Positions 42,141 to 52,210 of a stretch of DNA of 64,000 nucleotides are shown here, one piece after another. The position numbers were made by a program, and so were the translations under genes. The DNA is from an uncultured Prevotella sp. (GTDB lineage: Bacteria; Bacteroidota; Bacteroidia; Bacteroidales; Bacteroidaceae). The notes below the pieces were generated by a model. The model had not been told where the DNA came from, did no database searches, and worked only from the letters and a program-made list of their open reading frames with translations. The stretch's first letter is position 1. Every line of letters starts with the position of its first letter. Location of the stretch: the NCBI GenBank assembly GCA_902798285.1, contig CADBVZ010000003.1:41818-105817 (forward strand), written 5' to 3'.

Positions 42141-43073
42141 TCACGACACTAACAGCTTGGACGAATAGAATTTGGCAAGGAGGGCGCCACTGATGTTATG
42201 CCAAACGCTGAAGACAGCACCAGGGATGGTGGCCAAAGGATAGGCTGCGAAATGGAGTACGGCGAGCGACGAGGCCAGTCCGGAGTTCTGCATGCCCACC
42301 TCGATGCTAAGGGCCACGCACTTGGGCTTCTGAAGATGGAGCAAGCGTCCCACGGTAAAGCCGAGGGCAAGGCCGAGGAGGTTGTGGATCATAACAACAG
42401 CCACAACGAGCAGACCTGCTGTCAACAGACGATCGGCATTATGGCTCACGATGATGCCTACCACCAGCGCAATGACTATCGACGAGAAGGCGGGCAGATA
42501 AGGCGTAACACGCTTAGTAAGTTGTGGGAGAAATCGCTGGCAGAGCAATCCGCAAATGATGGGAGCGATGACTACATAGACGATACTCAGGAGCATGCCG
42601 AGGGTATCGACATTGACCATAGTTCCAGCCAAAGCCCATACGAGCAGCGGCGTGAGCAACGGAGCCAGGAGTGTGGAGGCGGCTGTCATTCCAACGGAAA
42701 GGGCCAAGTCGCCCTTGGCCAGATAGGTGATGACATTAGAGGCTGTACCACCTGGGCAACAGCCTACGAGGATGACACCGATGGCCAACTCCTTGGGCAG
42801 CGAGAAGGCCACCGTAAGTCCCAGCGCCAACAGGGGCATAACAGTGAACTGTGCGAGACAGCCGATGAGGATGTCCTTGGGGCGACGCAATACGATCTTA
42901 AAATCCTGAGGAGAGAGGGTGAGTCCCATGCCGAACATGATGACTCCCAACATGGGATTGATGGCCCAGGTATCAATCCAAGAAAACGATGCCGGCACAA
43001 GGAGCGCCAATGCTGCCACCAGCAGCACCATGACTCCCATCCAACGGGCTATGAAATCACATAACTGTTTCAA
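42141..43073 (-). CDS. Bile acid:sodium symporter family transporter (PanS-like)
   Basis: MFGMGLTL, CCPGGTASNV and SIEVGMQNSGLA motifs. Confidence 0.9.
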   Translation of the reverse strand: MKQLCDFIARWMGVMVLLVAALALLVPASFSWIDTWAINPMLGVIMFGMGLTLSPQDFKIVLRRPKDILIGCLAQFTVMPLLALGLTVAFSLPKELAIGVILVGCCPGGTASNVITYLAKGDLALSVGMTAASTLLAPLLTPLLVWALAGTMVNVDTLGMLLSIVYVVIAPIICGLLCQRFLPQLTKRVTPYLPAFSSIVIALVVGIIVSHNADRLLTAGLLVVAVVMIHNLLGLALGFTVGRLLHLQKPKCVALSIEVGMQNSGLASSLAVLHFAAYPLATIPGAVFSVWHNISGALLAKFYSSKLLVS

Positions 43074-43080
43074 TGATAGG

Positions 43081-43767
43081 TTATTGGGCTTTTTTCTTGA
43101 ACATCTGGTTCATGCTGTTCAGATAGTCGGTAGGCGTGATGCCGAAGGCGAACTTGAAGGCGTTGAGGAATGCGGCTGTATTCCTGAAACCACACTTGCC
43201 GGCCATATCTTCCAAGGTAAGGCCTGATTGCTCCATGAGCAGCTTGGCGGCATATTCTGCACGAAGGGAATTGATGTAATCAAGGGTTCTATCGGCATTC
43301 TCATAGCGAGGTACCAGGCGGCGGAACGTCTCTAGATCAACCTCCATAAAATCGGCCAGAGCCTGCTGGTTGAAATCGGGATCGGTAAAGGGCTTCTCCT
43401 TGTTCACGCGAGCGTCCATCTTTACATAGAAGGCCTTGCGCTCGTCGATGCTGATGACCTTGGCTTTCTTCACTTCGGGCTGATAGCGTTTCAACAGCTC
43501 TTCTTGTTCATCGAGCGTCAATATGCCATCGGCCATCATAGCGCGATATTCATCGAGCATATTGAGGATGCGCAGAAGCTGCTCTTCACGACGAAGGGAA
43601 ATCTTATGTTGTCTTCTGCCGACGACAACTACAACGATCAGTGCAATCACGACAAACAACAATATTATAATGATGGAATCGGCCTCCTTAAGCGTTAAGG
43701 AATGCGCATGACAGATCGCAGTTGCCAAGAAAAGCAATGGAACGGTTAGGATGATTCTTTTTCTCAT
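43081..43767 (-). CDS. Membrane-anchored AraC-family regulator
   Basis: Signal peptide + TM; FTDPDF, YINSLR and KCGFRN...F..AFGITP motifs. Confidence 0.8.
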   Translation of the reverse strand: MRKRIILTVPLLFLATAICHAHSLTLKEADSIIIILLFVVIALIVVVVVGRRQHKISLRREEQLLRILNMLDEYRAMMADGILTLDEQEELLKRYQPEVKKAKVISIDERKAFYVKMDARVNKEKPFTDPDFNQQALADFMEVDLETFRRLVPRYENADRTLDYINSLRAEYAAKLLMEQSGLTLEDMAGKCGFRNTAAFLNAFKFAFGITPTDYLNSMNQMFKKKAQ

Positions 43768-43878
43768 ATTCAAAATAGTTTAGTTCTTAGGGTTAGTCTA
43801 AAACAACCATTGGCCCTCTCAAATACTTTTATGCTGCAAATATAAGAAAAAAAATCAAACTAACCAAGTCCAAAGCGA

Positions 43879-43962
43879 TATTTTTGTGATTTTTGAAACT
43901 ATTTTTGTGAATTCTGAAACTATTTTTGTGAATTCTGAAACTATTTCCGTGATTTTTGAAAA
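43879..43962. repeat. 21-bp tandem repeat x4 (TATTTTTGTGAATTCTGAAAC)
   Basis: Units start at 43879, 43900, 43921 and 43942. Confidence 0.9.
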
Positions 43963-43988
43963 TTGTGAGTCGATTTTTGACCACCATC

Positions 43989-45662
43989 TTATTCATGAAC
44001 CGGGATGGGTTTCATGTTCAAAGTGTCCATCAGATGACGGTCGGTCAACTTGAGATTGGGGATCACGGGCAGGGCCATAAAGGCCATCGTGATGAAGGGT
44101 GCCTGCATGGAGCAGCCTATCTGGTGCACCATCTCGCGCAGCATCATGCTGCGGAAGGCAATCTCATGACCACTCAGAGGTGCCATCAGTCCGGCGATGG
44201 GCAAAGGGATGTCGAGCATCTCGTTGGGACTGACTACTACCAGTCCGCCCTGCATCTCTACAACACGGTTGATGGCTTTCACCAAGTATTCGTCGTGGGT
44301 GCCTACGGCCACGATATTATGGCAATCGTGGGCCACTGAGCCTGCGATGGCGCCATTGCCCAAGCCGAAGCCGTAAACCAAGCCCACCATGGGTTTGGCA
44401 CCTGGCTGATAACGATTGTAGACCACCATCTTCTGTACTTCGTGCCAAGGATAGGTGTCCTTAAAAGGACTGTCGCCCATACGCACCACATCGTGACCTG
44501 TAAGCAGGCTGCCATCCACAGCATGGATGATGTGGACATTATCGCCAGGCTTGAGGCCAAGTTCGAGATCATCGGTAGTGATGGGCGATGCCACGAAATG
44601 GTTGGGATAATCGCCGAAGTTGAGCATATAGGGCATAGCCAACTGCGAACGCATGACGTCTGACGAGGCATCATAGCTATAAATCATGGTGCCATTGATG
44701 ATGGTGCGCTCCACACGGAAGTGCTGACCGATGCTGTCGACCTCGATAAAGGTGGCAGGATCACCCACCTGCAGTAGTCCCCAGTCCAGATGATAATGGC
44801 GCTGGGCATTGACACAGGCTGCCTGCATCACATCCCAGAAGTCGAAACCATCAGCCAATGCACGCTTTACGATACTGTTGACATGTCCACGTACGAAATC
44901 GTCGGGGTGACAGTCGTCAGTACAGAGCATCACCATATCGGGGGATTCCTTGATGAGGGGTTTCAGACGCTCGTAATCCTTGGCTGCGCTACCTTCGCGG
45001 ATAATTACCAGCATGCCCGACTCTATGCACGAACGACCCTCCTCGATGGTAGAGCACTCATGGTCGGTGGTGATGCCGGCAGCCGCATATTGCTTGCGCT
45101 GAGCACCTGTGAGTCCTGGGGCATGTCCGTCGACGGGCTTGCCGTTGCTGAGGGTAGCCTGAATCTTGCGCATCACCTCGCCATCGGCATTAAGCACACC
45201 TGGATAGTTCATCATCTCGGCCAGGAATCCGATATCATCGCGAGCCATCAGTTTTTCTATCTCTGCGGCATCGATGGTGGCTCCGCTGGTCTCCACATCA
45301 CCTCCAAGGGCTGGCACGCAACTGGGCGCACCAAAGCAGAAGTTGAAGTGCACTTGCTGGCTGGCACGAATCATATAGTCGACACCCTCCACACCCAGCA
45401 CATTGGCTATCTCGTGGGGATCGGCCACCACACCGATAGTGCCGTGACTCATGGCAATACGTGCGAACTCACGGGGCACCATCATACTACTCTCTATATG
45501 CACATGACCATCAATGAAGCCAGGCATGAGGTAAGTATAAGGCTTTTCGCGACTGGGAAGCTGGCAACGCTTGATGTCGACAATTATCCCATTCTCAACG
45601 GTGAGTGAGCCGTCGAATATCTCGCGGCTCACCACATCAACAATATGTCCTTGATAAATCAT
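43989..45662 (-). CDS. ade: Adenine deaminase
   Basis: PGFIDGHVHIESSM, DPHEIANV, DGHAPG, DHEC and SVAHDCHNI motifs. Confidence 0.93.
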   Translation of the reverse strand: MIYQGHIVDVVSREIFDGSLTVENGIIVDIKRCQLPSREKPYTYLMPGFIDGHVHIESSMMVPREFARIAMSHGTIGVVADPHEIANVLGVEGVDYMIRASQQVHFNFCFGAPSCVPALGGDVETSGATIDAAEIEKLMARDDIGFLAEMMNYPGVLNADGEVMRKIQATLSNGKPVDGHAPGLTGAQRKQYAAAGITTDHECSTIEEGRSCIESGMLVIIREGSAAKDYERLKPLIKESPDMVMLCTDDCHPDDFVRGHVNSIVKRALADGFDFWDVMQAACVNAQRHYHLDWGLLQVGDPATFIEVDSIGQHFRVERTIINGTMIYSYDASSDVMRSQLAMPYMLNFGDYPNHFVASPITTDDLELGLKPGDNVHIIHAVDGSLLTGHDVVRMGDSPFKDTYPWHEVQKMVVYNRYQPGAKPMVGLVYGFGLGNGAIAGSVAHDCHNIVAVGTHDEYLVKAINRVVEMQGGLVVVSPNEMLDIPLPIAGLMAPLSGHEIAFRSMMLREMVHQIGCSMQAPFITMAFMALPVIPNLKLTDRHLMDTLNMKPIPVHE

Positions 45663-45692
45663 CAGGGATGCAATATTAAAAAGGTAAATATT

Positions 45693-46565
45693 TTAAAGAT
45701 CGTTGTAGTTCTGAACGCTGAAGGTTGAGGTGCGCATGTCGCCTGACTCAAAGCCACGCTTCAGCCAACGCTTACGCTGATCGCTCGTGCCGTGGGTAAA
45801 CGACTCGGGTGTTGCCCTACCCTGCGCCTTCTTCTGCAGCCAGTCGTCGCCGATGGCCTTAGCAAGTTCGAGACCCTTCTCCAGATCGCCATACTCCATA
45901 GAGTGGTTCATGGCATCCTCGTAATGTGCCCACACGCCGGCATAGTAATCGGCCAGCAGCTCGAGGCGCACACTGATCTGATTAGCCTGAACCTTATCGG
46001 TCTGATTCATAGCCTGATGAGCTTTGCCGAGGGTTCCCGTGAGGTTCTCCACATGGTGGCCAATCTCGTGGGCAATCACATAGGCATAGGCGAAGGTGTT
46101 ACCCTCGACACCCAGCTGGCGCTTCATCTGCGTGAAGAACGATAGGTCGATGTAAAGCTTCTGGTCGCCAGAACAATAGAAAGGACCTACGGCTGCAGTA
46201 GCATTACCACAGGCCGACTGTACCTGATTAGAGAAAAGTACGAGTGTGGGAGGTGTGTAAGTGCCACCCATCTCCTGGAACACCTGGCCCCATACATCCT
46301 CGGTAGAGGCGAGAATCTTCTTGCAATCGCTGGCCAGCGCCTGCTCTTCCTCAGTAAAGTTCTCCTCGCCAACGGTCTCGGTCTGGCCCTGCATCTGCTG
46401 CTGAGCTGCCTGCAGACCGGCTGAGAGGGGATCGCCACCACTCATCCATGCAAACAGAGCTGCTACAATCACTGCACCGATACCACCGATACCGGCAACT
46501 TTACCTCCGCTCATTCCGCGACGATCTTCAACGTTTGAGCTTTCTCTTCTTCCGTCTAATCTCAT
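45693..46565 (-). CDS. Neutral zinc metallopeptidase (YpfJ-like)
   Basis: SNVEDRRG, GPFYC, YVIAHEIGHHV, ELLAD and FTHGTS.QR motifs. Confidence 0.9.
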   Translation of the reverse strand: MRLDGRRESSNVEDRRGMSGGKVAGIGGIGAVIVAALFAWMSGGDPLSAGLQAAQQQMQGQTETVGEENFTEEEQALASDCKKILASTEDVWGQVFQEMGGTYTPPTLVLFSNQVQSACGNATAAVGPFYCSGDQKLYIDLSFFTQMKRQLGVEGNTFAYAYVIAHEIGHHVENLTGTLGKAHQAMNQTDKVQANQISVRLELLADYYAGVWAHYEDAMNHSMEYGDLEKGLELAKAIGDDWLQKKAQGRATPESFTHGTSDQRKRWLKRGFESGDMRTSTFSVQNYNDL

Positions 46566-46623
46566 AATGCTTTAGTTTTAAGTTGTTATTTAATGTTTCT
46601 TTAATGTTTTCTGTAATTCAATG

Positions 46624-47427
46624 TTATCTTACCGTCATATGAAAGCAGCCCTGCTTCACCTCGTATTTGATGTAGCAGCGGCCTTGCTCGCGCATATCGC
46701 GGAGCACCTCGGAGAGCACCCATTTCAGGGTATCATTGCGAACCTGACGGCGAGGCGGACCATCAGGATCCTCCACCGTCTTGTAGCGATTGTAGCAGAT
46801 GTCGAACGTGGTGCCATAGAGATGGCAAGAGTTCTCAGTGGCATTGCCGTTGCGACGACGCAGTTTTACCACATCTTCCTGCGAACGGAGCACACTGGTA
46901 ACTATCAGCTGATGGAAGGGCACACCCTTCACGTAAAGACTATCGTAGAAGGCTTGTCCGATGTCCTGCAGCAAGATGGCTGCATGGGGCACCAGATAAG
47001 GAATGCTGGAATAAAGCGGGTCGACATGATAGTAAGGTGAGGCATCGATGTAGACCAACTCGCGCTTACGCATCTCGGCATCCTTGCGGTTCTTCACCGG
47101 ACTCACACCCCAATGACGGGCAGCAACCAACTGCACAGCATTCGTATCGGGGAAGGCTTCATTGTAATTCGCTACGGAGCGAATCTTATGGGGTTTTGAG
47201 GGGTGAGAGGTGAGAGGTGTCTCTGAGTGGTGAGAGGTGAGAGGTGAGTGGTGAGAGATTACTTCTTCCCCTTCAGGAGTAGCGTTATCAGACCCTTCAG
47301 TCATTTCTCTAGCTTCTAGCTTCTCACCTCTAGCTTCTGCGACTTGCGGGAACGCAAGTCGAACAATTGCAAGCAGCAGAACTACCGCCGTAAAACCTAT
47401 CAAATATCGTTTTTTTGTCAGTTTCAT
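46624..47427 (-). CDS. DUF5715-family membrane-anchored protein, predicted M15-like Zn peptidase
   Basis: N-terminal TM; VTSVLR, SCHLYGTTFDI and CFHMTVR motifs. Confidence 0.7.
   Translation of the reverse strand: MKLTKKRYLIGFTAVVLLLAIVRLAFPQVAEARGEKLEAREMTEGSDNATPEGEEVISHHSPLTSHHSETPLTSHPSKPHKIRSVANYNEAFPDTNAVQLVAARHWGVSPVKNRKDAEMRKRELVYIDASPYYHVDPLYSSIPYLVPHAAILLQDIGQAFYDSLYVKGVPFHQLIVTSVLRSQEDVVKLRRRNGNATENSCHLYGTTFDICYNRYKTVEDPDGPPRRQVRNDTLKWVLSEVLRDMREQGRCYIKYEVKQGCFHMTVR
47197..47339 (-). mobile_element. In-frame heptamer-repeat element inside the DUF5715 gene
   Basis: Same core and flanking arrays as 41212-41354. Confidence 0.75.
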
Positions 47428-47504
47428 CTAAAAAATCTCTATTGCGTTGCAAAGATACAAATATTTTTTGTAACTTTGTGCCCAAATTTAAATTTTTATT
47501 TCAT

Positions 47505-48452
47505 TTGATAGAGAAACATATAGTTTTAGAGGATATTGACCCCGTCGTTTTCTATGGGGTTGGCAACGGGCATTTACAGATGGTACGCTCGCTGTTTCCT
47601 AAGTTGCGCATCATGGCTCGCGACAATGTGGTGAGGGTGCTGGGCGACGAGGAGCAGATGGCTGCCTTCGAGGAAGCCACAGAGAAACTACGCACCCACG
47701 TGATGCAGTTTAACTCGCTGAAGGAGGAGGATATCCTTGATATTGTGAAGGGTCGCAGGATGACGGATAAGTTGCCCGACGACGTGGTGGTTTACTCGAT
47801 GTCGGGTCGCCCCATCAAGGCGCGCACGCAGAATCAGCGGAAGCTGATAGAGGCTTACGCCAAGAACGATATGGTGTTCGCCGTTGGTCCTGCTGGTACT
47901 GGTAAAACGTATCTGTCGATAGCGCTGGCCGTGAAAGCACTGAAGGAGAAACAAGCCAAGAAGATTATCCTCTCGCGCCCCGCTGTGGAAGCTGGCGAGA
48001 AACTGGGATTCCTGCCTGGCGACATGCGCGATAAGATTGACCCTTATTTGCAGCCGCTATACGATGCGCTGGAGGACATGCTGCCCCAGGTGAAGCTGCA
48101 GGACATGATGGAGAAGAACGTGATACAGATAGCACCGCTGGCCTTTATGCGTGGTAGAACACTGAACGATGCCGTCGTCATCCTCGATGAGGCACAGAAC
48201 ACTACCCCAGCCCAGATTCGTATGTTCCTCACTCGTATGGGATGGAACACGAAGATGATCATCACAGGCGATATGACGCAGATAGACCTGCCCCACTCGC
48301 AGAAGAGCGGACTCATTGAGGCGCTACATATATTAAATAATGTGGAGGGCATCGGCGTGGTGAATCTCGATCGCTCGGACATCGTCCGCCATAAACTCGT
48401 GACGAGAATCGTCAATGCTTACGAGGAATTCGACAAAGCGATGAAAGATTAA
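47505..48452 (+). CDS. phoH: PhoH-family ATPase
   Basis: GPAGTGKT, RPAVEAGEKLGFLPGD and MRGRTL..DEAQN motifs; TTG start. Confidence 0.93.
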   Translation: MIEKHIVLEDIDPVVFYGVGNGHLQMVRSLFPKLRIMARDNVVRVLGDEEQMAAFEEATEKLRTHVMQFNSLKEEDILDIVKGRRMTDKLPDDVVVYSMSGRPIKARTQNQRKLIEAYAKNDMVFAVGPAGTGKTYLSIALAVKALKEKQAKKIILSRPAVEAGEKLGFLPGDMRDKIDPYLQPLYDALEDMLPQVKLQDMMEKNVIQIAPLAFMRGRTLNDAVVILDEAQNTTPAQIRMFLTRMGWNTKMIITGDMTQIDLPHSQKSGLIEALHILNNVEGIGVVNLDRSDIVRHKLVTRIVNAYEEFDKAMKD

Positions 48453-48494
48453 TAATTATCAAATCGTGAAATAGTAAAATAGTCAATTATAAAG

Positions 48495-49451
48495 ATGAAA
48501 GCATTAACTAAGACGGACTTTAAGTTCGAAGGACAGAAGAGCGTGTATCATGGAAAGGTACGCGATGTGTACAACATTAACGACGACCTGATGGTGATGG
48601 TAGCCACCGACCGTATCTCGGCTTTCGACGTGGTACTGCCGAAGGGCATCCCTTTCAAGGGTCAGGTACTGAACCAGATTGCCGCCAAGTTCCTGGATGC
48701 CACCACCGACATCTGTCCGAACTGGAAACTGGCTACTCCCGATCCGATGGTTACTATCGGTCTGAAGTGTGAGGGTTTCCGTGTGGAGATGATCATCCGC
48801 TCTATCCTCACCGGTTCTGCCTGGAGAGAGTACAAGAACGGTTGCCGTGAGCTCTGTGGTGTGAAGCTGCCAGAGGGCATGAAGGAGAACGAGCGTTTCC
48901 CCGAGCCCATCATCACCCCGACAACGAAGGCTGACGAGGGACATGACATGAACATCTCGAAAGAGGAGATCATCGCCCAGGGTATCGTTTCGGCTGAGGA
49001 CTATGCCATCATGGAGGACTACACTCGCAAGATTTTCCAGCGTGGACAGGAGATTGCCGCCAAGCGTGGACTGATTCTTGTGGATACCAAGTACGAGTTT
49101 GGTAAGCGCGATGGTAAGGTGTATCTCATCGACGAGATTCACACACCCGACTCAAGCCGCTACTTCTATGCCGACGGCTACGAGGAGAAGTTGGCCAAGG
49201 GTGAGCCCCAGCGCCAGCTCTCGAAGGAGTTCGTACGTCAGTGGCTCATTGAGCACAACTTCATGAACGAGCCCGGACAGGTGATGCCCAAGATTACCGA
49301 CGAATATGCCGAGAGCGTTTCCGATCGCTACATCGAGCTCTACGAGAACATCGTAGGCGAGAAGTTCGAGCGCGAGACCAGCAATGAGGATATCGCCCAG
49401 CGCATCGAGAAGAACGTCAGTTCTTGGTTATCGGCTTTCAAGAGCCGCTAA
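48495..49451 (+). CDS. purC: SAICAR synthetase
   Basis: [22 protein letters not shown] and [10 protein letters not shown] motifs. Confidence 0.96.
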   Translation: MKALTKTDFKFEGQKSVYHGKVRDVYNINDDLMVMVATDRISAFDVVLPKGIPFKGQVLNQIAAKFLDATTDICPNWKLATPDPMVTIGLKCEGFRVEMIIRSILTGSAWREYKNGCRELCGVKLPEGMKENERFPEPIITPTTKADEGHDMNISKEEIIAQGIVSAEDYAIMEDYTRKIFQRGQEIAAKRGLILVDTKYEFGKRDGKVYLIDEIHTPDSSRYFYADGYEEKLAKGEPQRQLSKEFVRQWLIEHNFMNEPGQVMPKITDEYAESVSDRYIELYENIVGEKFERETSNEDIAQRIEKNVSSWLSAFKSR

Positions 49452-49536
49452 CCAGAGGTGAGAGGTGAGAGGCGAGAAGCTAGAGAAATCTTTCTGAGCG
49501 AAGCGAATTTAATGTTTAATGATTAATATTTAATCA

Positions 49537-50271
49537 ATGTACGAGCAAGAGGTGATAAAGCCTTATAACCAAGAGGCTGAAAAAGCGAATCAGGTGGAGC
49601 AGATGTTCGACAACATCGCCCCTACCTACGATAAGCTGAACCACCGACTGTCGTGGGACATCGATAAGGGCTGGCGACGGAAGGCTATCCGTCAACTGCA
49701 GCCTTTCGCTCCTAAGACGCTGCTCGACATTGCAACAGGCACAGGCGACTTTGCCATCCTCGCTGCCAAGATGCTGAAACCCGAAAAACTCATCGGGGCC
49801 GACATCAGCGAAGGTATGATGGAGATAGGCCGACAGAAGGTGAAAGCCGAAGGGCTCGACAGCATCGTGAGCTTCGAGAAGGAAGACTGCCTGAACCTCT
49901 CGTATGCTGATGGCACATTCGACGCCGTAACAGCTGCCTTCGGCATTCGCAACTTCGCCGACCTGGATAAAGGACTGAAGGAGATGCAACGTGTGCTAAA
50001 GCCGGGCGGACACCTAAGCATCGTGGAACTGACCACTCCCGTGAGCTTCCCGATGAAACAGCTCTTCCGCATCTACTCGCATACGGTTCTGCCCGTTTAC
50101 GGGCGACTCATCTCGAAGGATACCAGCGCCTATGGCTATCTGACCAAGACCATCGAAGCCTTCCCACAAGGAGAGCGGATGATGGAGATACTCAAAAAGG
50201 CTGGCTTCGCCGAGGCGTCGTTCAAACGACTCACTTTCGGCATCTGCACGATGTATTTCGCAACAAAATAA
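49537..50271 (+). CDS. menG: Demethylmenaquinone methyltransferase (UbiE/MenG)
   Basis: [21 protein letters not shown] and FGIRN motifs. Confidence 0.93.
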   Translation: MYEQEVIKPYNQEAEKANQVEQMFDNIAPTYDKLNHRLSWDIDKGWRRKAIRQLQPFAPKTLLDIATGTGDFAILAAKMLKPEKLIGADISEGMMEIGRQKVKAEGLDSIVSFEKEDCLNLSYADGTFDAVTAAFGIRNFADLDKGLKEMQRVLKPGGHLSIVELTTPVSFPMKQLFRIYSHTVLPVYGRLISKDTSAYGYLTKTIEAFPQGERMMEILKKAGFAEASFKRLTFGICTMYFATK

Positions 50272-50277
50272 AAAGTT

Positions 50278-51024
50278 ATGGAAAAGTACGGACTGATTGG
50301 CTACCCCTTGGGACATTCGTTCTCTGTAAGCTACTTCAACCAGAAGTTTGCCGACGAAGGCATCAATGCCAAGTACGAGAACTACGAGATTGCCAGTATC
50401 GACGAACTGACGGAGATACTCGACAAGTCCCCCGAACTGTGTGGGTTGAACGTGACGATCCCTTACAAGGAAAAGGTGATTCCTTTCCTCGACAGTATCT
50501 CACCCGAGGCCAGAGCCATCGGTGCGGTGAACGTGATCCGCGTGACCCATGAGAAGAACAAGACCATCCTGAAGGGATTCAACAGCGACGTCATCGGCTT
50601 CACCCAGAGCATCGAGCCGATGCTCGACAAGAAGTGGCACAAGAAAGCGCTCATCCTGGGAACAGGCGGAGCCTCGAAAGCCATCAACTTCGGACTGAAG
50701 TCGCTGGGACTCGAAACGGTCTTCGTGAGTCGCTACGAACGTCCGGACACCATCCAGTACGAACGTATCACACCTGAGGTGATCAAGGAATATAATGTGA
50801 TTGTGAACTGTACGCCGCTGGGTATGTATCCCAAAACCGACGAATGTCCGAACCTGCCTTACGAGGCGATGGATAATCACACCATTCTTTATGACTTGAT
50901 TTACAACCCTGATCAGACACTCTTCATGCGCAAGGGAGCAGAATACGGCGCAGAAGTAAAGAACGGACTGGAAATGCTGTTGCTACAAGCATTCGCCAGC
51001 TGGGAATTCTGGCACCAGAAATAA
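50278..51024 (+). CDS. aroE: Shikimate dehydrogenase
   Basis: GLNVTIPYK, GAVN, LGTGGA, NCTPLG and NGLEML motifs. Confidence 0.93.
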   Translation: MEKYGLIGYPLGHSFSVSYFNQKFADEGINAKYENYEIASIDELTEILDKSPELCGLNVTIPYKEKVIPFLDSISPEARAIGAVNVIRVTHEKNKTILKGFNSDVIGFTQSIEPMLDKKWHKKALILGTGGASKAINFGLKSLGLETVFVSRYERPDTIQYERITPEVIKEYNVIVNCTPLGMYPKTDECPNLPYEAMDNHTILYDLIYNPDQTLFMRKGAEYGAEVKNGLEMLLLQAFASWEFWHQK

Positions 51025-51032
51025 AAAAGATT

Positions 51033-52196
51033 ATGGATAACAGATATATGATGAGAGGCGTGAGTGCAGCGAAGGAAGACGTGCATGCCGCCATTAAGAA
51101 CATCGACAAGGGAATCTTCCCGCAGGCTTTCTGCAAAATCATCCCTGACATATTGGGAGGCGATCCCGAGTATTGTAACATTATGCATGCCGACGGCGCT
51201 GGCACCAAGTCATCGCTGGCATACATGTATTGGAAGGAAACGGGCGACCTCTCTGTGTGGAAAGGTATTGCTCAGGATGCCATCGTGATGAACACCGACG
51301 ATCTGCTCTGTGTGGGTGCTGTGGATAACATCCTCGTTAGCTCCACTATCGGACGCAATAAGATGCTGGTTCCGGGCGAGGTCATCTCTGCCATCATCAA
51401 CGGAACCGACGAGCTGCTTGCAGAACTCCGCGAGATGGGTATCGGCATTTACCCCACTGGTGGTGAGACGGCCGATGTAGGCGATCTGGTTCGTACCATC
51501 ATCGTCGACTCTACGGTTACTTGTCGCATGAAGCGTAGCGATGTAATCGATAATGCCAACATCCGTCCGGGCGATGTGATTGTGGGCCTTTCTTCTACAG
51601 GACAGGCTACCTACGAGAAGCGTTATAACGGTGGTATGGGTAGCAACGGACTCACCTCAGCCCGTCATGATGTCTTCGCCAAATATCTGGCCGAGAAATA
51701 TCCCGAGAGTTTCGACCATGCTGTGCCCAATGAGTTGGTTTACAGCGGAAAGTATCAGCTGACCGACAGCGTTGAAGGTTCGCCTGTAGATGCCGGACAG
51801 CTCGTCCTCTCTCCCACCCGCACCTATGCTCCTGTCATCAAGAAGCTGCTCGATGAGTTGCGTCCTGAGATTCATGGAATGGTTCACTGCACTGGTGGTG
51901 CCCAGACCAAGGTGCTGCATTTCGTAAGCGACAACTGCAAGGTCATCAAGGACAACATGTTCCCTGTTCCTCCTCTGTTCCGTGCCATCCACGAGTGTTC
52001 AGGTACCGATTGGAAGGAGATGTATCAGGTGTTCAACATGGGTCATCGTATGGAGATCTACGTACCTGCTGAGGTAGCAGAGAAAGTGATCGCCATCTCG
52101 AAGAGTTTCAACATCGATGCTCAGGTGGTTGGCCACATCGAGGAAGGCCCCAAGAGTCTCACTATCAAGAGCGAATTCGGCGAATTTAATTATTAA
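51033..52196 (+). CDS. purM: AIR synthase (Bacteroidetes type)
   Basis: HADGAGTKS, GGETADV, HCTGG and VFNMGHR motifs. Confidence 0.92.
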   Translation: MDNRYMMRGVSAAKEDVHAAIKNIDKGIFPQAFCKIIPDILGGDPEYCNIMHADGAGTKSSLAYMYWKETGDLSVWKGIAQDAIVMNTDDLLCVGAVDNILVSSTIGRNKMLVPGEVISAIINGTDELLAELREMGIGIYPTGGETADVGDLVRTIIVDSTVTCRMKRSDVIDNANIRPGDVIVGLSSTGQATYEKRYNGGMGSNGLTSARHDVFAKYLAEKYPESFDHAVPNELVYSGKYQLTDSVEGSPVDAGQLVLSPTRTYAPVIKKLLDELRPEIHGMVHCTGGAQTKVLHFVSDNCKVIKDNMFPVPPLFRAIHECSGTDWKEMYQVFNMGHRMEIYVPAEVAEKVIAISKSFNIDAQVVGHIEEGPKSLTIKSEFGEFNY

Positions 52197-52210
52197 TCTT
52201 CATTTTAAAA

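Noticed and set aside
43879-43962. Possible CRISPR array
   Set aside because: The repeats are directly tandem with no unique spacers, and there are no cas genes.
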